In this document: in pieces, positions 1 through 10,211 of the stretch
Layout of the letters: each line of letters starts with the position of its first letter
How positions within the stretch are numbered: position 1 is the stretch's first letter
From: Sandaracinobacter sp.
GTDB lineage: Bacteria > Pseudomonadota > Alphaproteobacteria > Sphingomonadales > Sphingomonadaceae
DNA: 64,000 nucleotides
Assembly: GCF_041909755.1 (NCBI RefSeq)
Contig: NZ_JAYRCW010000002.1
Span: forward strand, 2,565-66,564
Direction of reading: 5' to 3'
Made by a program: the position numbers and the translations under genes
The notes under the pieces: model-generated
What the model saw: only the letters and a program-made list of their open reading frames with translations
What the model was told of the DNA's origin: nothing
Databases searched by the model: none

Positions 1-596
1 TGCATGTTGCCGTCGCAACTGCCCACGGCCCTGAGGATGGCGCGCAGGGTGGAGACATAGGCGCCGGCCTGTGCAGGCGAACGCATGTCGGGCTTGGAGA
101 CGATTTCCATCAGCGCCACGCCCGATCGGTTGAGATCGACGAACGAGCGGTCCGGCGACAGGTCGTGCACGGATTTGCCCGCATCCTGTTCCAGGTGGAT
201 GCGTTCGATGCCGATGGTCACCGCTTCGCCATCGTCGGTTTCGATGTCGATTGCGCCTTCGCCAACCACCGGGTGCTGGAATTGCGAGATCTGGTAGCCC
301 TGCGGCAGATCGGCATAGAAGTAGTTCTTGCGGTCGAACCGGCTCCACGGGTTGATCTTCGCGCCCAGCGCGAGCCCGGTGCGAACCGCCTGCCGCACGC
401 ATTCGCCGTTCAGCACGGGCAGCATGCCGGGCATGGCGGCGTCGACCAGGCTGACCTGGCTGTTGGGCTCGCCGCCGAACGCCGTTGCAGCGCCGGAAAA
501 CAGCTTGGCGTTGGAGACGACCTGGGCATGAACCTCCAGCCCGATCACCAGTTCCCACGGGCCCGTCCGGCCTTCGATCGCATATGCGGATGCCAT
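1..596 (-). CDS. gatB: Asp-tRNA(Asn)/Glu-tRNA(Gln) amidotransferase subunit B, N-terminal part (3' end lies beyond the window start)
   Basis: Not in the ORF track because it runs off the edge. My translation of the reverse complement from ATG at 596 gives [36 protein letters not shown]...[15 protein letters not shown]...[12 protein letters not shown]...[16 protein letters not shown], the conserved GatB N-terminal region. Confidence 0.88.
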   Translation of the reverse strand, partial: MASAYAIEGRTGPWELVIGLEVHAQVVSNAKLFSGAATAFGGEPNSQVSLVDAAMPGMLPVLNGECVRQAVRTGLALGAKINPWSRFDRKNYFYADLPQGYQISQFQHPVVGEGAIDIETDDGEAVTIGIERIHLEQDAGKSVHDLSPDRSFVDLNRSGVALMEIVSKPDMRSPAQAGAYVSTLRAILRAVGSCDGNM

Positions 597-741
597 GGCC
601 CGCCTCTAGGCCCGGCGGGGGGCATGGGGCAAGTGGAAGCTGCCCCGCGCAGTTAACGCGGGCGACCTCTGCTTGTTTCACCCTGCCCATGCGGTTAGAC
701 AGTCTCGCTGCACCGCAGCGCCGGGCACGGACGGGGATCGC

Positions 742-2373
742 ATGATGGGGAACAGCGCTGCACGTCCGGAAGGCGCGATCGCCCGCGCACCGATCTGGGT
801 GCTTGCGCTGATGTTCCTGCTGATGCTGGCGCCGCTGGCGCTGACCCCGCTGGTGCCGGCCGTCGATTTCAACGACCATGTGCTGCGTTACTGGATCCTG
901 GCAGACAATGGGCAGACGCAGGCGCTGGCGGACAATTACACGCCTGTCTGGTCGCTGATCCCGAACCTGGGCATGGATGTGCTGGGTACCGGGCTGCTGA
1001 AGATCATGGCGCCGATGCCCGCCGGGCGCATCATTGCAATGCTGGTGTTGCTGGCACCCTTTGCCGGTGCGCTGGCGCTGGCGCGCGCCGTGCAGGGGCG
1101 CATCACGCTGTTCACCTGTTTCATTGCGGGATTCCTGGGCTTCAGCCACATCTTCGGCTGGGGTTTCGCCAACTATCTGCTTGGAACCGGGCTGATGCTG
1201 CTGGGGCTGGCCTGGTGGATCGCCATGAAGGACCGGCCATGGCTGCAACTGGCGGGGGCGATCCTGCTTGGCGCTGTTCTGATGATCGTGCATGCGCTTG
1301 CGTTCGCGGTCTTTGGCCTGATGCTGGGCATGGTGGAACTGGCGCTGGCCTTTGCGGCGGGCTGGCCCGGCCTCGGCAATCTTGTGGTTCGCGGCGCACG
1401 GCTGGTTTCGGTTGCGATCCTCCCCGTATTCATCTTCCTGTCGTCGCGCACGGCGGAAGCGCCGCAGGGCGTGACGGCGGCCGTTTCCAACCTGGGCGCC
1501 TATCGCGAGAAGCAGGGGCTTTTCACCAGGCTGTTCGAGGAGGCGCTGAGCCGGGCCGACCTGCTCATCCGTTTCGCGGATTCCTTCAATCCATGGGCGG
1601 ATCGGGCGATCGGCCTGGGCCTGTGGGCAATCGTGCTGGCCGGCCTGCTGGCGGGCGCCTTGCGGCTGGCGCCCGCGCTTCGGCTGGCGGCGGCGCTGGC
1701 GCTGTTGCTGGTTCTGGTGCTGCCGCCCAACCTGTTCGGCAGCGGCTACACCAATGATCGCATGCCGCTGCTGCTGTGGTCGATGCTGGTGGGGACGCTG
1801 GTGCTGAACCCCGGCCACCGGCTGGCCCGGCCGTTGACGGTGGCGGCAGGTTTGCTGTTCGCGGCGCATCTGTCGCTGGTTGCCGCCAGCTATCAGCGCG
1901 CAGGCGCGCATTTTCGCGCCTTCATGGCGCAAACGTCAACGATCGAACTCGGCCCGCTGGCGACACCGCTTCATTTCAGCGGGTCCGGGCGATCGGATAA
2001 CCTTCCTTATTGTTCGGGCCTTCTGCCCCTGCTGGCCTTCACCAAGGGGATGGCCGTGCCCACCTTCGCCTTCCCCACCCAGCAGCCGCTGGAACTGGAT
2101 GGGCCGCTGAAGGCCGCCGGCGCCAGAAAGGCAGAGCTGTCCCCGCGGAAAGACAGGCTGAAGGACCGGGACCTGACCGACGTTGGCGAACGGCAGGACC
2201 GCATCGCCCGGCAGTTCGGCTTCGGCTATACGGCCGTGGTGGTATGCGATGCGGCGGGGCCGGTGCCGTCCGATGCCCGGATCGAGCGCGTTGCGGCCGG
2301 CCCGTTCTGGGCTGTCTATAGGGAACAGGCGGGGGATATGCCCGAAGCGGCGGTTGGAGGATCGACGGAATGA
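742..2373 (+). CDS. polytopic membrane protein of unknown family; candidate GtrC-type glycosyltransferase by position only
   Basis: Track ORF 673..2373 starts at TTG. The first in-frame ATG pair at 742/745 precedes the first hydrophobic span. Many hydrophobic helices are followed by a charged soluble tail. The stop overlaps the gtrB-like start (ATGA at 2370). I recognise no family motif. Confidence 0.6.
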   Translation: MMGNSAARPEGAIARAPIWVLALMFLLMLAPLALTPLVPAVDFNDHVLRYWILADNGQTQALADNYTPVWSLIPNLGMDVLGTGLLKIMAPMPAGRIIAMLVLLAPFAGALALARAVQGRITLFTCFIAGFLGFSHIFGWGFANYLLGTGLMLLGLAWWIAMKDRPWLQLAGAILLGAVLMIVHALAFAVFGLMLGMVELALAFAAGWPGLGNLVVRGARLVSVAILPVFIFLSSRTAEAPQGVTAAVSNLGAYREKQGLFTRLFEEALSRADLLIRFADSFNPWADRAIGLGLWAIVLAGLLAGALRLAPALRLAAALALLLVLVLPPNLFGSGYTNDRMPLLLWSMLVGTLVLNPGHRLARPLTVAAGLLFAAHLSLVAASYQRAGAHFRAFMAQTSTIELGPLATPLHFSGSGRSDNLPYCSGLLPLLAFTKGMAVPTFAFPTQQPLELDGPLKAAGARKAELSPRKDRLKDRDLTDVGERQDRIARQFGFGYTAVVVCDAAGPVPSDARIERVAAGPFWAVYREQAGDMPEAAVGGSTE

Positions 2374-3398
2374 ACAGCCTGAACGCAGGCCAGCCTGTGC
2401 CGGCCGGGCCCCTGCCGGCCCGCCGCGCTGCGCCGCGCAGCCTGACCCTGGTGGTCCCGGTGTTCAACGAAGCGGAGGCCGTGCATCATTTCGTGCGGCG
2501 GATTTCGGAGTTGTTCGCAGCACCCGGCGGGCCGGCCATCGAAATGCTGTTCGTGAACGACGGCAGCCGTGATTCCACGCTGGAAGAGCTTCTGTCCCTG
2601 CAGAGGCTGGACCCGCGCATCCGCGTCGTCGATCTGTCGCGCAACTTCGGCAAGGAAGCTGCGCTGAGCGCGGGGCTGGACGTGGCGAAGGGCGACGTGG
2701 TGGTGCCGATCGACGTGGACCTGCAGGACCCGCCCGAACTGATCGGCGAGATGATCGAAAAGTGGCGCGATGGCTATGATGTGGTTGCGGCGCGGCGCGC
2801 CAGCCGCAAGGCCGACAGCTGGGCGAAACGGGTGACGGCGGGCTGGTTCTATCGCATCCACAACCAGATCTCCGACATCGACATCCCGGAAAATGTGGGC
2901 GATTTCCGGCTGATGGACCGAAGCGTGGTGGAAGCGCTGCGGCAGATGCCGGAATCCCGCCGCTTCATGAAGGGGCTGTTCGCCTGGATGGGGTTCCGCA
3001 CCGCGACCGTGGAATATGCCCGGCCTGAGCGGGTGGCCGGCACCAGCAAGTTCAACGGCTGGAAGCTGTGGAACTTCGCGCTGGAGGGCACGACGAGCTT
3101 TTCCACCGTGCCGCTGCGCATCTGGACCTATATCGGTGGTTCGGTTGCGTTGCTGTCCATCGGATTTGCCCTGTACACGGTGGTGAAGGTGCTGATCTTC
3201 GGCATCGACGTGCCCGGCTATGCCTCCATCGTGGTGGCGATCTCCCTGCTGGGTGGATTGCAGCTGATGGGGATCGGGGTGCTGGGGGAATATCTGGGCC
3301 GGACCTATATGGAATCGAAGCGGCGCCCGGTGTTCCTGATCCGCACCATCTATGAAGGCGCAGCCGCCGACGCGCTGCAGGGCGAAAGCCGCCCGTGA
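2370..3398 (+). CDS. gtrB: GT2 polyprenyl-phosphate (bactoprenol) glycosyltransferase, GtrB-like
   Basis: LVVPVFNEAEA, FVNDGSRD, SRNFGKEAALSAGL, PIDVDLQDPPE, ENVGDFRLMDR, KFNGWKLWNFALEGTTSFSTVPLRIWTYIG and a C-terminal two-helix anchor ending GVLGEYLGRTY. This is collinear with Shigella/E. coli GtrB as I recall it. Confidence 0.85.
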   Translation: MNSLNAGQPVPAGPLPARRAAPRSLTLVVPVFNEAEAVHHFVRRISELFAAPGGPAIEMLFVNDGSRDSTLEELLSLQRLDPRIRVVDLSRNFGKEAALSAGLDVAKGDVVVPIDVDLQDPPELIGEMIEKWRDGYDVVAARRASRKADSWAKRVTAGWFYRIHNQISDIDIPENVGDFRLMDRSVVEALRQMPESRRFMKGLFAWMGFRTATVEYARPERVAGTSKFNGWKLWNFALEGTTSFSTVPLRIWTYIGGSVALLSIGFALYTVVKVLIFGIDVPGYASIVVAISLLGGLQLMGIGVLGEYLGRTYMESKRRPVFLIRTIYEGAAADALQGESRP

Positions 3399-3811
3399 GC
3401 CAGCCGCAGGCCCGCAGTTTCCTGGGGCGCTTCATCCGGTTCGGGCTGACCGGCCTGTTCGTGACGGGCGTTCATTTCGTGGTGGCGATCGCGCTGGTGG
3501 AGCTGCTGGGCGCGTCCCCGCCGCTGGCGAACGGGGTCGCCTTCGTCACATCCACCATCATTTCCTATGTCATCAACACGATGTGGAGCTTCCAGACCGG
3601 CTTCGACCGGCGGACGTTCGCGCGCTATGTCACCGTCGCCGGGATCGGGCTGACCGTCGCCGTCAGCCTGGCCGCCATTCTGGACAGGCTGGGCGTGCAC
3701 TACATCCTGGGCATCTGCATCATCACGGTCACGAATCCGCCGCTGATCTTCGCCCTGCACAATTTCTGGACCTACAGGGCCGCCCCGGCAAAGCCGGACG
3801 GCGGCGCCTGA
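3395..3811 (+). CDS. gtrA: GtrA-family small membrane protein
   Basis: 138 aa with four hydrophobic helices. N-terminus FIRFGLTGLFVTGVHFVV and C-terminal NFWTYR are typical of the GtrA family. Its start overlaps the gtrB stop (GTGA). Confidence 0.75.
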   Translation: MSQPQARSFLGRFIRFGLTGLFVTGVHFVVAIALVELLGASPPLANGVAFVTSTIISYVINTMWSFQTGFDRRTFARYVTVAGIGLTVAVSLAAILDRLGVHYILGICIITVTNPPLIFALHNFWTYRAAPAKPDGGA

Positions 3812-3817
3812 AGCCGC

Positions 3818-5296
3818 TTACCACCAGCGCGCCGGTGCTGCCTTGAAACCGGCCCGCTGTTCCAGCGCGAAGGCTGCGTCCAGCACACCCATCTCGTCGA
3901 GCGGCCTGCCGATCAGCTGAAGCCCCAGCGGAAGCCCCTGCGCATCGAGCCCGGCCGGGATCGACATGGCGGGCACGCCCGCGAGCGAGGCAGGCACCGT
4001 GAACACGTCGTTCAGATACATGGCGAGCGGATCGGCCGACTTGGAGCCCAGCTCGAACGCGCCCGTGGGGGCCGTCGGCGTCAGCAACAGGTCGCAGGAG
4101 TCCCACGCGCGCTCGAAATCCTGCGCGATCAGGGCGCGAACCTTCTGCGCTTTCAGATAATAAGCGTCGTAATAGCCGGCCGACAGCACATAGGTGCCGA
4201 TCATGATCCGCCGCTTCACCTCTGCGCCGAAGCCGGCGGCACGGGTGGCGCCATACATGTCGGCCAGGTTGCCGCCTTCGGGGGCGACGCGCAGGCCATA
4301 GCGCACGCCGTCATAGCGGGCGAGGTTGGAGGACGCCTCTGCCGGGGCGACGATATAATAGGTGGGCAGCGCTTCCTTCGTGTGCGGCAGCGAAACCTCG
4401 ACGATCTCGGCACCGGCGTCCCGCGCCCAGGCGACACCGTCCTCCCACAGCTTCACCAGCAGCGGATCCATGCCATCCACCCGATATTCCTTCGGGATGC
4501 CGATGCGCTTGCCCTTCAGGCTGCCGGTCAGCCCGCCGGCATAATGGGGCACCGGCTCGTTGAGCGAGGTGGAATCCTTGGGATCGAAGCCCGCCATCGC
4601 CTCCAGCACCAGCGCGCAATCGGTGACGTCGCGGGCCAGCACACCGGCCTGATCCAGCGAGGAGGCGAAAGCGATCACCCCCCAGCGCGAGCAGCGGCCA
4701 TAGGTGGGCTTGATGCCCGCGATGCCGGTGAAGGCGGCGGGCTGGCGGATGGAGCCGCCGGTGTCCGTGCCGGTGGCTGCCGCGCACAGCCGCGCGGCAA
4801 CAGCGGCAGACGATCCGCCAGACGAACCGCCCGGAACCAGCTTCGCGGTGGAGCCTTCGGCTTGCCAGGGCGAGATCACCGGCCCGAAGGCCGAGGTTTC
4901 GTTGGACGACCCCATGGCGAATTCGTCGAGGTTCAGCTTGCCCAGCATCGCCGCGCCCGCCGCGAACAGGTTCGCGGTGACGGTGCTGTCATAGGTCGGC
5001 CTGAAGCCCTTCAGGATGTTGCTGCACGCGGTCGTTTCCACGCCCTTCGTGCAGAACAGGTCCTTGATGCCCATCGGGATGCCGGCCAGCAGGCCCGCGG
5101 TTCCGGCCGCGATCGCCGCATCGGCCGCGTCGGCGGCGGCCAGCGCATGATCCGGGGTCTCCACCGTGAAGGCGTTCAGCGGCCGGGCCGCCTCCACGGC
5201 AGTCACATGGGCAGACACCAGCTCGCGCGCGGAAAACTGCTTCGCGGCAAGACCCGCCTTCATCGCAGCCAGCGACAGATCGGTCAGCGCCGCCAT
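3818..5296 (-). CDS. gatA: Glu-tRNA(Gln)/Asp-tRNA(Asn) amidotransferase subunit A
   Basis: 492 aa with the amidase signature [13 protein letters not shown]...[14 protein letters not shown]. It directly follows gatC with a 1-nt overlap. Confidence 0.95.
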   Translation of the reverse strand: MAALTDLSLAAMKAGLAAKQFSARELVSAHVTAVEAARPLNAFTVETPDHALAAADAADAAIAAGTAGLLAGIPMGIKDLFCTKGVETTACSNILKGFRPTYDSTVTANLFAAGAAMLGKLNLDEFAMGSSNETSAFGPVISPWQAEGSTAKLVPGGSSGGSSAAVAARLCAAATGTDTGGSIRQPAAFTGIAGIKPTYGRCSRWGVIAFASSLDQAGVLARDVTDCALVLEAMAGFDPKDSTSLNEPVPHYAGGLTGSLKGKRIGIPKEYRVDGMDPLLVKLWEDGVAWARDAGAEIVEVSLPHTKEALPTYYIVAPAEASSNLARYDGVRYGLRVAPEGGNLADMYGATRAAGFGAEVKRRIMIGTYVLSAGYYDAYYLKAQKVRALIAQDFERAWDSCDLLLTPTAPTGAFELGSKSADPLAMYLNDVFTVPASLAGVPAMSIPAGLDAQGLPLGLQLIGRPLDEMGVLDAAFALEQRAGFKAAPARWW

Positions 5297-5583
5297 TATT
5301 CGATCACCTTCGGAACCGCGAAAAAGCCGTGGCGCGCTTCCGGCGCATTCGCCAGCACATCGGCCTGGATGTCGCCGTCCGTCACCACATCGGCGCGCCA
5401 GTCACGCTTCAGTGGGATCACCGCCGTCATCGGCTGCACATTGCCGGTTTCAACCGCCTGAAGCTGATCGATCCAGCCCAGGATATTGTTCAGTTCCGCA
5501 GTGAGGTGGGGCACCTCCTCCGCGCTCAGCGTCAGCCGCGCGAGCCCGGCCACGCGCTGAACCATCTTGTCGTCTACTGCCAT
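5296..5583 (-). CDS. gatC: amidotransferase subunit C
   Basis: 95 aa containing [28 protein letters not shown], immediately upstream of gatA. Confidence 0.9.
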   Translation of the reverse strand: MAVDDKMVQRVAGLARLTLSAEEVPHLTAELNNILGWIDQLQAVETGNVQPMTAVIPLKRDWRADVVTDGDIQADVLANAPEARHGFFAVPKVIE

Positions 5584-5645
5584 GGCCCGCGCCTAGCAGC
5601 GGCCCGGCGGCGGGGCAACAACGTCGGTCCGCATTCGGCGCGGCC

Positions 5646-6782
5646 CTAGAGCATGGTCGCGTCTGTCGGAAGGCCCAGCAGCACGCGGCCCGCCAGTTCC
5701 AGCGTGGCGGGTTGCACCATCACATGCTGGGTCATCGCATGGGCATCGCGGAAGCGGCGCTGCAGGGGGTTTTCCAGGAACAGCGCCGCGCCACCGCCCA
5801 GATCATAGGCCGCGCGCGCGACATCGGCGCCGGTGCGAACCATGTGCGTGGCGGCCAGCCGCAACCGGGCGCGGGTTTCCAGATCGACCTCGCCGCTGGC
5901 GTTCGCCCGCTCCCATGCGCGGTCCAGCGTTTCGAACAGCAGGGCGCGGGCCGATGACAGCCGCGCTTCGGCGGTTGCTATCTCCACCTGCACCGTCGCG
6001 CGTTCGGCCGCCGACTTCGCAGCGCCCGGCGCGCGGCGCGCAGCGAGCGCCTGCTTCACCGTCTCCAGCGCGGCGCGGGCATTGCCGCTGGCGACGCCCG
6101 CGATCCCCAGCGCCAGCAGCCCGAACACCGGAAACAGATAGAGCGCGCCCTGTTCCACCGGCGGCGCGGTGAGCGCGACCATATGGTCCGGCGGAACGGC
6201 GAGATCGCGGACCGCCATGTCGCCTGAGCCGGTGCCCTTCAGCCCTGCGACCTGCCAGCTGTCGATCAGCTCCACCGCCTCTCGCGGGAACAGCAGCATC
6301 CGCGTGTCCGGGCGGCCGTCGGGCAGGAGGATGGGCTTGCCGCCCTCCATCAGCAGGCAGCCGCCGAACAACCAGCGGCAGTTGGCGCTGCCGGATGCCC
6401 AGCTCCACCGGCCGGTCACGCGCCAGCCCGCCTCGCCCCGTTCAGCCCGGCCCATGGGGGCGAACACGCCGCCCGTGATCACCAGCGGATCGGCGGCGAC
6501 CTCGCCGGCGACCGCAGGCGGCAGCCAGGCGAGGCTGAGATTCGTTGTCGCCCCGATCATCACGCACCAGCCGGCCGACGCATCGGCTTCGGCCACCTGC
6601 TCGATGGTGCGCACGATGGCCGACGGCGGCATTTCCGCCCCGCCCAGCGAGCGGGGCATGGCGATGCGGAACAGGCCTTCGGCGGCCATCTTCGCCGCGA
6701 GGTCGGCGGGCAGGCGGCGGGCCTCCTCCATCTCCGCGGCGCGGGCGGCGATTTCCGCCAGAAGCGGGGCGGAGGCCGTCAT
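5646..6782 (-). CDS. acyl-CoA dehydrogenase-fold flavoprotein (type-2 ACAD / group-D flavin monooxygenase-like)
   Basis: 378 aa with the VAGLKGTGSGD motif and the C-terminal helical bundle typical of the ACAD fold. ATGA overlap with the upstream ACAD gene. Confidence 0.75.
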   Translation of the reverse strand: MTASAPLLAEIAARAAEMEEARRLPADLAAKMAAEGLFRIAMPRSLGGAEMPPSAIVRTIEQVAEADASAGWCVMIGATTNLSLAWLPPAVAGEVAADPLVITGGVFAPMGRAERGEAGWRVTGRWSWASGSANCRWLFGGCLLMEGGKPILLPDGRPDTRMLLFPREAVELIDSWQVAGLKGTGSGDMAVRDLAVPPDHMVALTAPPVEQGALYLFPVFGLLALGIAGVASGNARAALETVKQALAARRAPGAAKSAAERATVQVEIATAEARLSSARALLFETLDRAWERANASGEVDLETRARLRLAATHMVRTGADVARAAYDLGGGAALFLENPLQRRFRDAHAMTQHVMVQPATLELAGRVLLGLPTDATML

Positions 6783-7939
6783 AGCTTCATCAGGCTCGCG
6801 AGATTGTTCTTCTGCATGTCCGACGAGCCGCCGACGATCGGCATGCCCAGCAGATCGCGCACATGGCGCTCCATCTCATAGCCGTCTGACAGGGCATAGG
6901 CCCCCATCACCTGCTGGCATGCCAGCGCGATTTCCAAGCCGGTATCCGCCACGAACAGCTTGGCCATCGACGTTTCGATGGAACAGGGGCGGCCTTCGTT
7001 GGCGAGCCATGCGGCGTGGTGGAGCATATGGTCCGCCGCCCTCAGCTTCGTGGCCGCCGTCACCAGCTTGTGGCGGATCGACTGGTGCTGGCTGATGGGC
7101 TTCCCGAACTGCACCCGCTCCTGCGCATAGGCCCAGGCCTCGTGGAAGGCCGCCTTCGCGATCCCAAGCGCGCAAGCCGAGATCTCCAGCTTCTCCACAT
7201 CGAGCGCGCGGCCCGCCAGCAGTTTCCAGCCCTGGTTCCACATCTGCTCGCCGCCGACGATGGCGGATTTCGGCAGGCGCACATTGTCGAAGAAGACATC
7301 CTGGCTGTCGGTGTAGCGCAGGTTGGCGTGGGCGATCCCCCGCATGCTGATGCCCGGCGTGTTCGTGGGGATCAGCAGGAAGCTGAGATTCCGGTAGCGC
7401 GCATCGGCCGGGCCGGAACGGACGAGGCAGTAGATGACATCCGCCCAATCGGCGCCCGTGCACCAGCGCTTGGCGCCGTTCACGACCACCTCGTCGCCAT
7501 CCAGTTCGGCGCGGGTTTCGACACTGGCGAGGTCCCCGCCCACATTCGGCTCCGACAGGCCATAGGCGAAGAAAAGCTCGCCACGCGCCAGCCGGGGCAG
7601 ATATTCGGCCTTCTGTTCGGGGGAGCCATTCTCGGACAGGTTCATGCCGCCATAGAAGGCCGTGTGGATGAACGGCCCCGCAAGGAACGCGCCCGCCTGG
7701 GCCAGTTCCTCGATCACGGCGACGGCGGCCACCAGATCCTGCCCGGCCCCGCCATGCTCGGCCGGGACGGTCAGGGCCGTCAGCCCCATCCCGTTCAGCT
7801 TCGCATAGACATCGCGCGGCCAGCGGCGGTCCCTGTCCCACTGGATGCGCTTCTCGCGCGGGGCATGGGCGGCGATGAAGCGGCGAAGCTGGTCGCGGAT
7901 TTCGCGGACGTGCGCGGGTTCGTCCTGAAAGCTCTGCAT
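6779..7939 (-). CDS. acyl-CoA dehydrogenase
   Basis: 386 aa with YGLSEPNVGGDLASV, NGAKRWCTGA and a C-terminal GGSSDMQKNNLA. Confidence 0.9.
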   Translation of the reverse strand: MQSFQDEPAHVREIRDQLRRFIAAHAPREKRIQWDRDRRWPRDVYAKLNGMGLTALTVPAEHGGAGQDLVAAVAVIEELAQAGAFLAGPFIHTAFYGGMNLSENGSPEQKAEYLPRLARGELFFAYGLSEPNVGGDLASVETRAELDGDEVVVNGAKRWCTGADWADVIYCLVRSGPADARYRNLSFLLIPTNTPGISMRGIAHANLRYTDSQDVFFDNVRLPKSAIVGGEQMWNQGWKLLAGRALDVEKLEISACALGIAKAAFHEAWAYAQERVQFGKPISQHQSIRHKLVTAATKLRAADHMLHHAAWLANEGRPCSIETSMAKLFVADTGLEIALACQQVMGAYALSDGYEMERHVRDLLGMPIVGGSSDMQKNNLASLMKL

Positions 7940-8736
7940 CAGTCCCCCGAAAGAACCGGCGCGCGCCGCTCGCGGAAGGCGGCGACCGCCTCGGCACGAT
8001 CCGCTGTCATGTTGGAAAGCGTTTCATAGGGGATGGAGGCGTCCATCGACTGCACCGCCAGTTGCCGGAGCGTCTGGTTCATCACCACCTTGGTCCAGCG
8101 CACGGCGAAGCGGGGATTTCCCAGGATCTTCGCGGCGACCTCCGCCACCTTTGCATCCAGCTGCTCGGCCGGGACGGCGTGGTTCACCAGCCCCATGCCG
8201 ACGGCGTCCTTCGCACGGATCAGATCGCCGGTGAGCAGATATTCCTTGGCGCGGGCCATGCCCACAAGCGCGGGCCAGATCACGGCCCCGCCATCACCGG
8301 CCACCAGCCCCACCTTCACATGCGGGTCGCCGATGGCGGCGGTTTCGTCGGCGATGATGATGTCGCACAGCAGCGCCACCGTCGCGCCCAGCCCGGCCGC
8401 CGCGCCGTTCATCCGGCAGATGATGGGCTTTTCCAGTTCCAGCAGCGAGGTGACGATCCGCTTGGCTTCCCAGCCGATCTCGCGGAACTTCTGCGGGTTG
8501 GCGATCTGCTCGTCGAACCAGTCGAAGTCGCCGCCGGCGCAAAAGGCGCGGCCCTTGCCCGTCAGCACGATCAGGTCGCTATCTGGATCATGCTGAAGAT
8601 CCGCGAACACGCGCGCCAGCTCGGCGTGCAGCGCGGCATCCACCGCGTTCACCGGGCCGGGGGCGCTGATCGTCGCCGTCAGGATGCGCCCTTCGCGCGC
8701 GAATTCGAACCTTTCATAGCCTTCGAACGCCATCAC
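7939..8736 (-). CDS. enoyl-CoA hydratase/isomerase (crotonase family)
   Basis: 265 aa with FCAGGDF and MNGAAAGLGATVALLCD, the oxyanion-hole segments of the crotonase fold. Confidence 0.9.
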   Translation of the reverse strand: MMAFEGYERFEFAREGRILTATISAPGPVNAVDAALHAELARVFADLQHDPDSDLIVLTGKGRAFCAGGDFDWFDEQIANPQKFREIGWEAKRIVTSLLELEKPIICRMNGAAAGLGATVALLCDIIIADETAAIGDPHVKVGLVAGDGGAVIWPALVGMARAKEYLLTGDLIRAKDAVGMGLVNHAVPAEQLDAKVAEVAAKILGNPRFAVRWTKVVMNQTLRQLAVQSMDASIPYETLSNMTADRAEAVAAFRERRAPVLSGD

Positions 8737-9752
8737 TTCCCTCCCACCCGGGCGATGCGGCGGCCGAAATCGCCGCCCGCGAACAGGCCCGCAAACAGCC
8801 CGGGCAGGCTTTCGATGCCCTCGCCCACAACCTCGCGCGTCTTCAGCCAGCCATCCGTCAGCAGCCCGGCCACTTCCGATTGCGCCCCGGCGAACCGGGG
8901 CAGATCGTCGAACACCACCAGGCCCTCCATCCTCAGTCGCCGGGCGATGAACTCGCGGGTGTTGCGCAGTCCGGGCACCTCATCAGGCGGGGTGTTATAG
9001 TCCGCGACCTGCCCCGACACGACGATGCGGCCGCGCATCTTCATCTTCGGCAGCATGCGGTCGATCATCGCGTTGCCGACATTGTCGAACAGGATGTCGA
9101 TGCCGTCGGGCAGCTCGGCGGCGACCTGCGCGTCCAGACCCGCCGCCCGGTAATCCAGCGCCGCGTCGAACCCGCACGCCTCCACCAGCCAGCGGCGCTT
9201 GTCTGCCGATCCTGCCAGCCCCACCACCTTCGCAGCGCCGAAATGGCGGGCAAGCTGGCCCGCAGTCGCACCCACGGGCCCGGCGGCCGAGGTGACCAGC
9301 ACCGTTTCGCCCGGCTGGATCTGCGCCACGCGCTTGAGGCCGAACCAGGCCGTCATCCCCGGCACACCCAGCACCCCGATCCACGCCTGTTCGGGCACGC
9401 CGATATCGGGCAGGCCAATGCAATAGCCGCGCCCCGCGCTCAGCGTGTGCGTCGCCCAGCCACCGCCATGGGTGACAAGCGCGCCGACGGGGAAGCGCTC
9501 GTTCCGGCTTTCCACGACGCGGCCGACGCAGAAGCCGTCCACCACATCGCCGGGGTTCAGCGGCGGCGCATAGCTGGCGCCAGGCGACAGCCGCGAGCGG
9601 GTGCCCGGATCGGCCGAAACATAGTGGTTGGCAATCAGGAACCGGCCATCGGGCACGTCCGGCAGCGGCGCCTCTTCCAGCCGGAAATCGGCCGCCGTCG
9701 GCACGCCCGCGATATGGCGCGCCAGCACCACGCGCTTCATCAAATTCGTCAC
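8733..9752 (-). CDS. NADP-dependent oxidoreductase, medium-chain reductase family (YncB/enone reductase-like)
   Basis: 339 aa with Rossmann segment SAAGPVGATAGQLARHFGA. GTG start preceded by GGGGAGGG. Overlaps the start of the downstream hydratase gene. Confidence 0.85.
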   Translation of the reverse strand: MTNLMKRVVLARHIAGVPTAADFRLEEAPLPDVPDGRFLIANHYVSADPGTRSRLSPGASYAPPLNPGDVVDGFCVGRVVESRNERFPVGALVTHGGGWATHTLSAGRGYCIGLPDIGVPEQAWIGVLGVPGMTAWFGLKRVAQIQPGETVLVTSAAGPVGATAGQLARHFGAAKVVGLAGSADKRRWLVEACGFDAALDYRAAGLDAQVAAELPDGIDILFDNVGNAMIDRMLPKMKMRGRIVVSGQVADYNTPPDEVPGLRNTREFIARRLRMEGLVVFDDLPRFAGAQSEVAGLLTDGWLKTREVVGEGIESLPGLFAGLFAGGDFGRRIARVGGK

Positions 9753-9787
9753 TTGCCCTCCCCAGGGGTCCGGATTGAAAAGGGATT

Positions 9788-10210
9788 ATGGAACAGCGAA
9801 TATCGATCGTCACCCTTGGAACCGCCGATCTGCCACGAGCCTGCGCCTTCTGGGAGGCGATGGGGCTGGCGCGGAAGGCGAAACAGACGCCGGGCATGGC
9901 CTTCTTCCAGCTGAACGGCCTGCTGCTGGGCATCTATCCGTTCGACAAGCTGGCGGAGGACTGCCACCTGCCCGGTGGTCAGCCTTCGGGCGCCGTGACG
10001 ATCGCGCAGAATGTGCGGAGCGAGGCCGAGGTGGACGCCGTGCTTGCGCAGGCCGTGGCAGCAGGCGCGACGCTGCATGTGCCCGCCCACAACGCCTTCT
10101 GGGGCGGCTATTCCGGCTATTTCCTCGATCCAGACGGGCATCCCTGGGAAGTCGCCCACAACCCCTTCTTCGCGCTTCAGGCGAACGGCGACCTCGTCCT
10201 GCCCGGCTGA
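9788..10210 (+). CDS. VOC (glyoxalase/bleomycin-resistance fold) family protein
   Basis: 140 aa with N-terminal ISIVTLGTADLPRACAFWEAMGL and C-terminal GYFLDPDGHPWEVAHNP, as expected for the VOC fold. Confidence 0.8.
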   Translation: MEQRISIVTLGTADLPRACAFWEAMGLARKAKQTPGMAFFQLNGLLLGIYPFDKLAEDCHLPGGQPSGAVTIAQNVRSEAEVDAVLAQAVAAGATLHVPAHNAFWGGYSGYFLDPDGHPWEVAHNPFFALQANGDLVLPG

Positions 10211-10211
10211 A

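Noticed and set aside
644-663. Hairpin CCCGCG-CAGTTAA-CGCGGG between gatB and the membrane protein gene
   Set aside because: It lies between divergent gene starts, so it cannot be a terminator. The 6-bp GC stem is unremarkable in GC-rich DNA.
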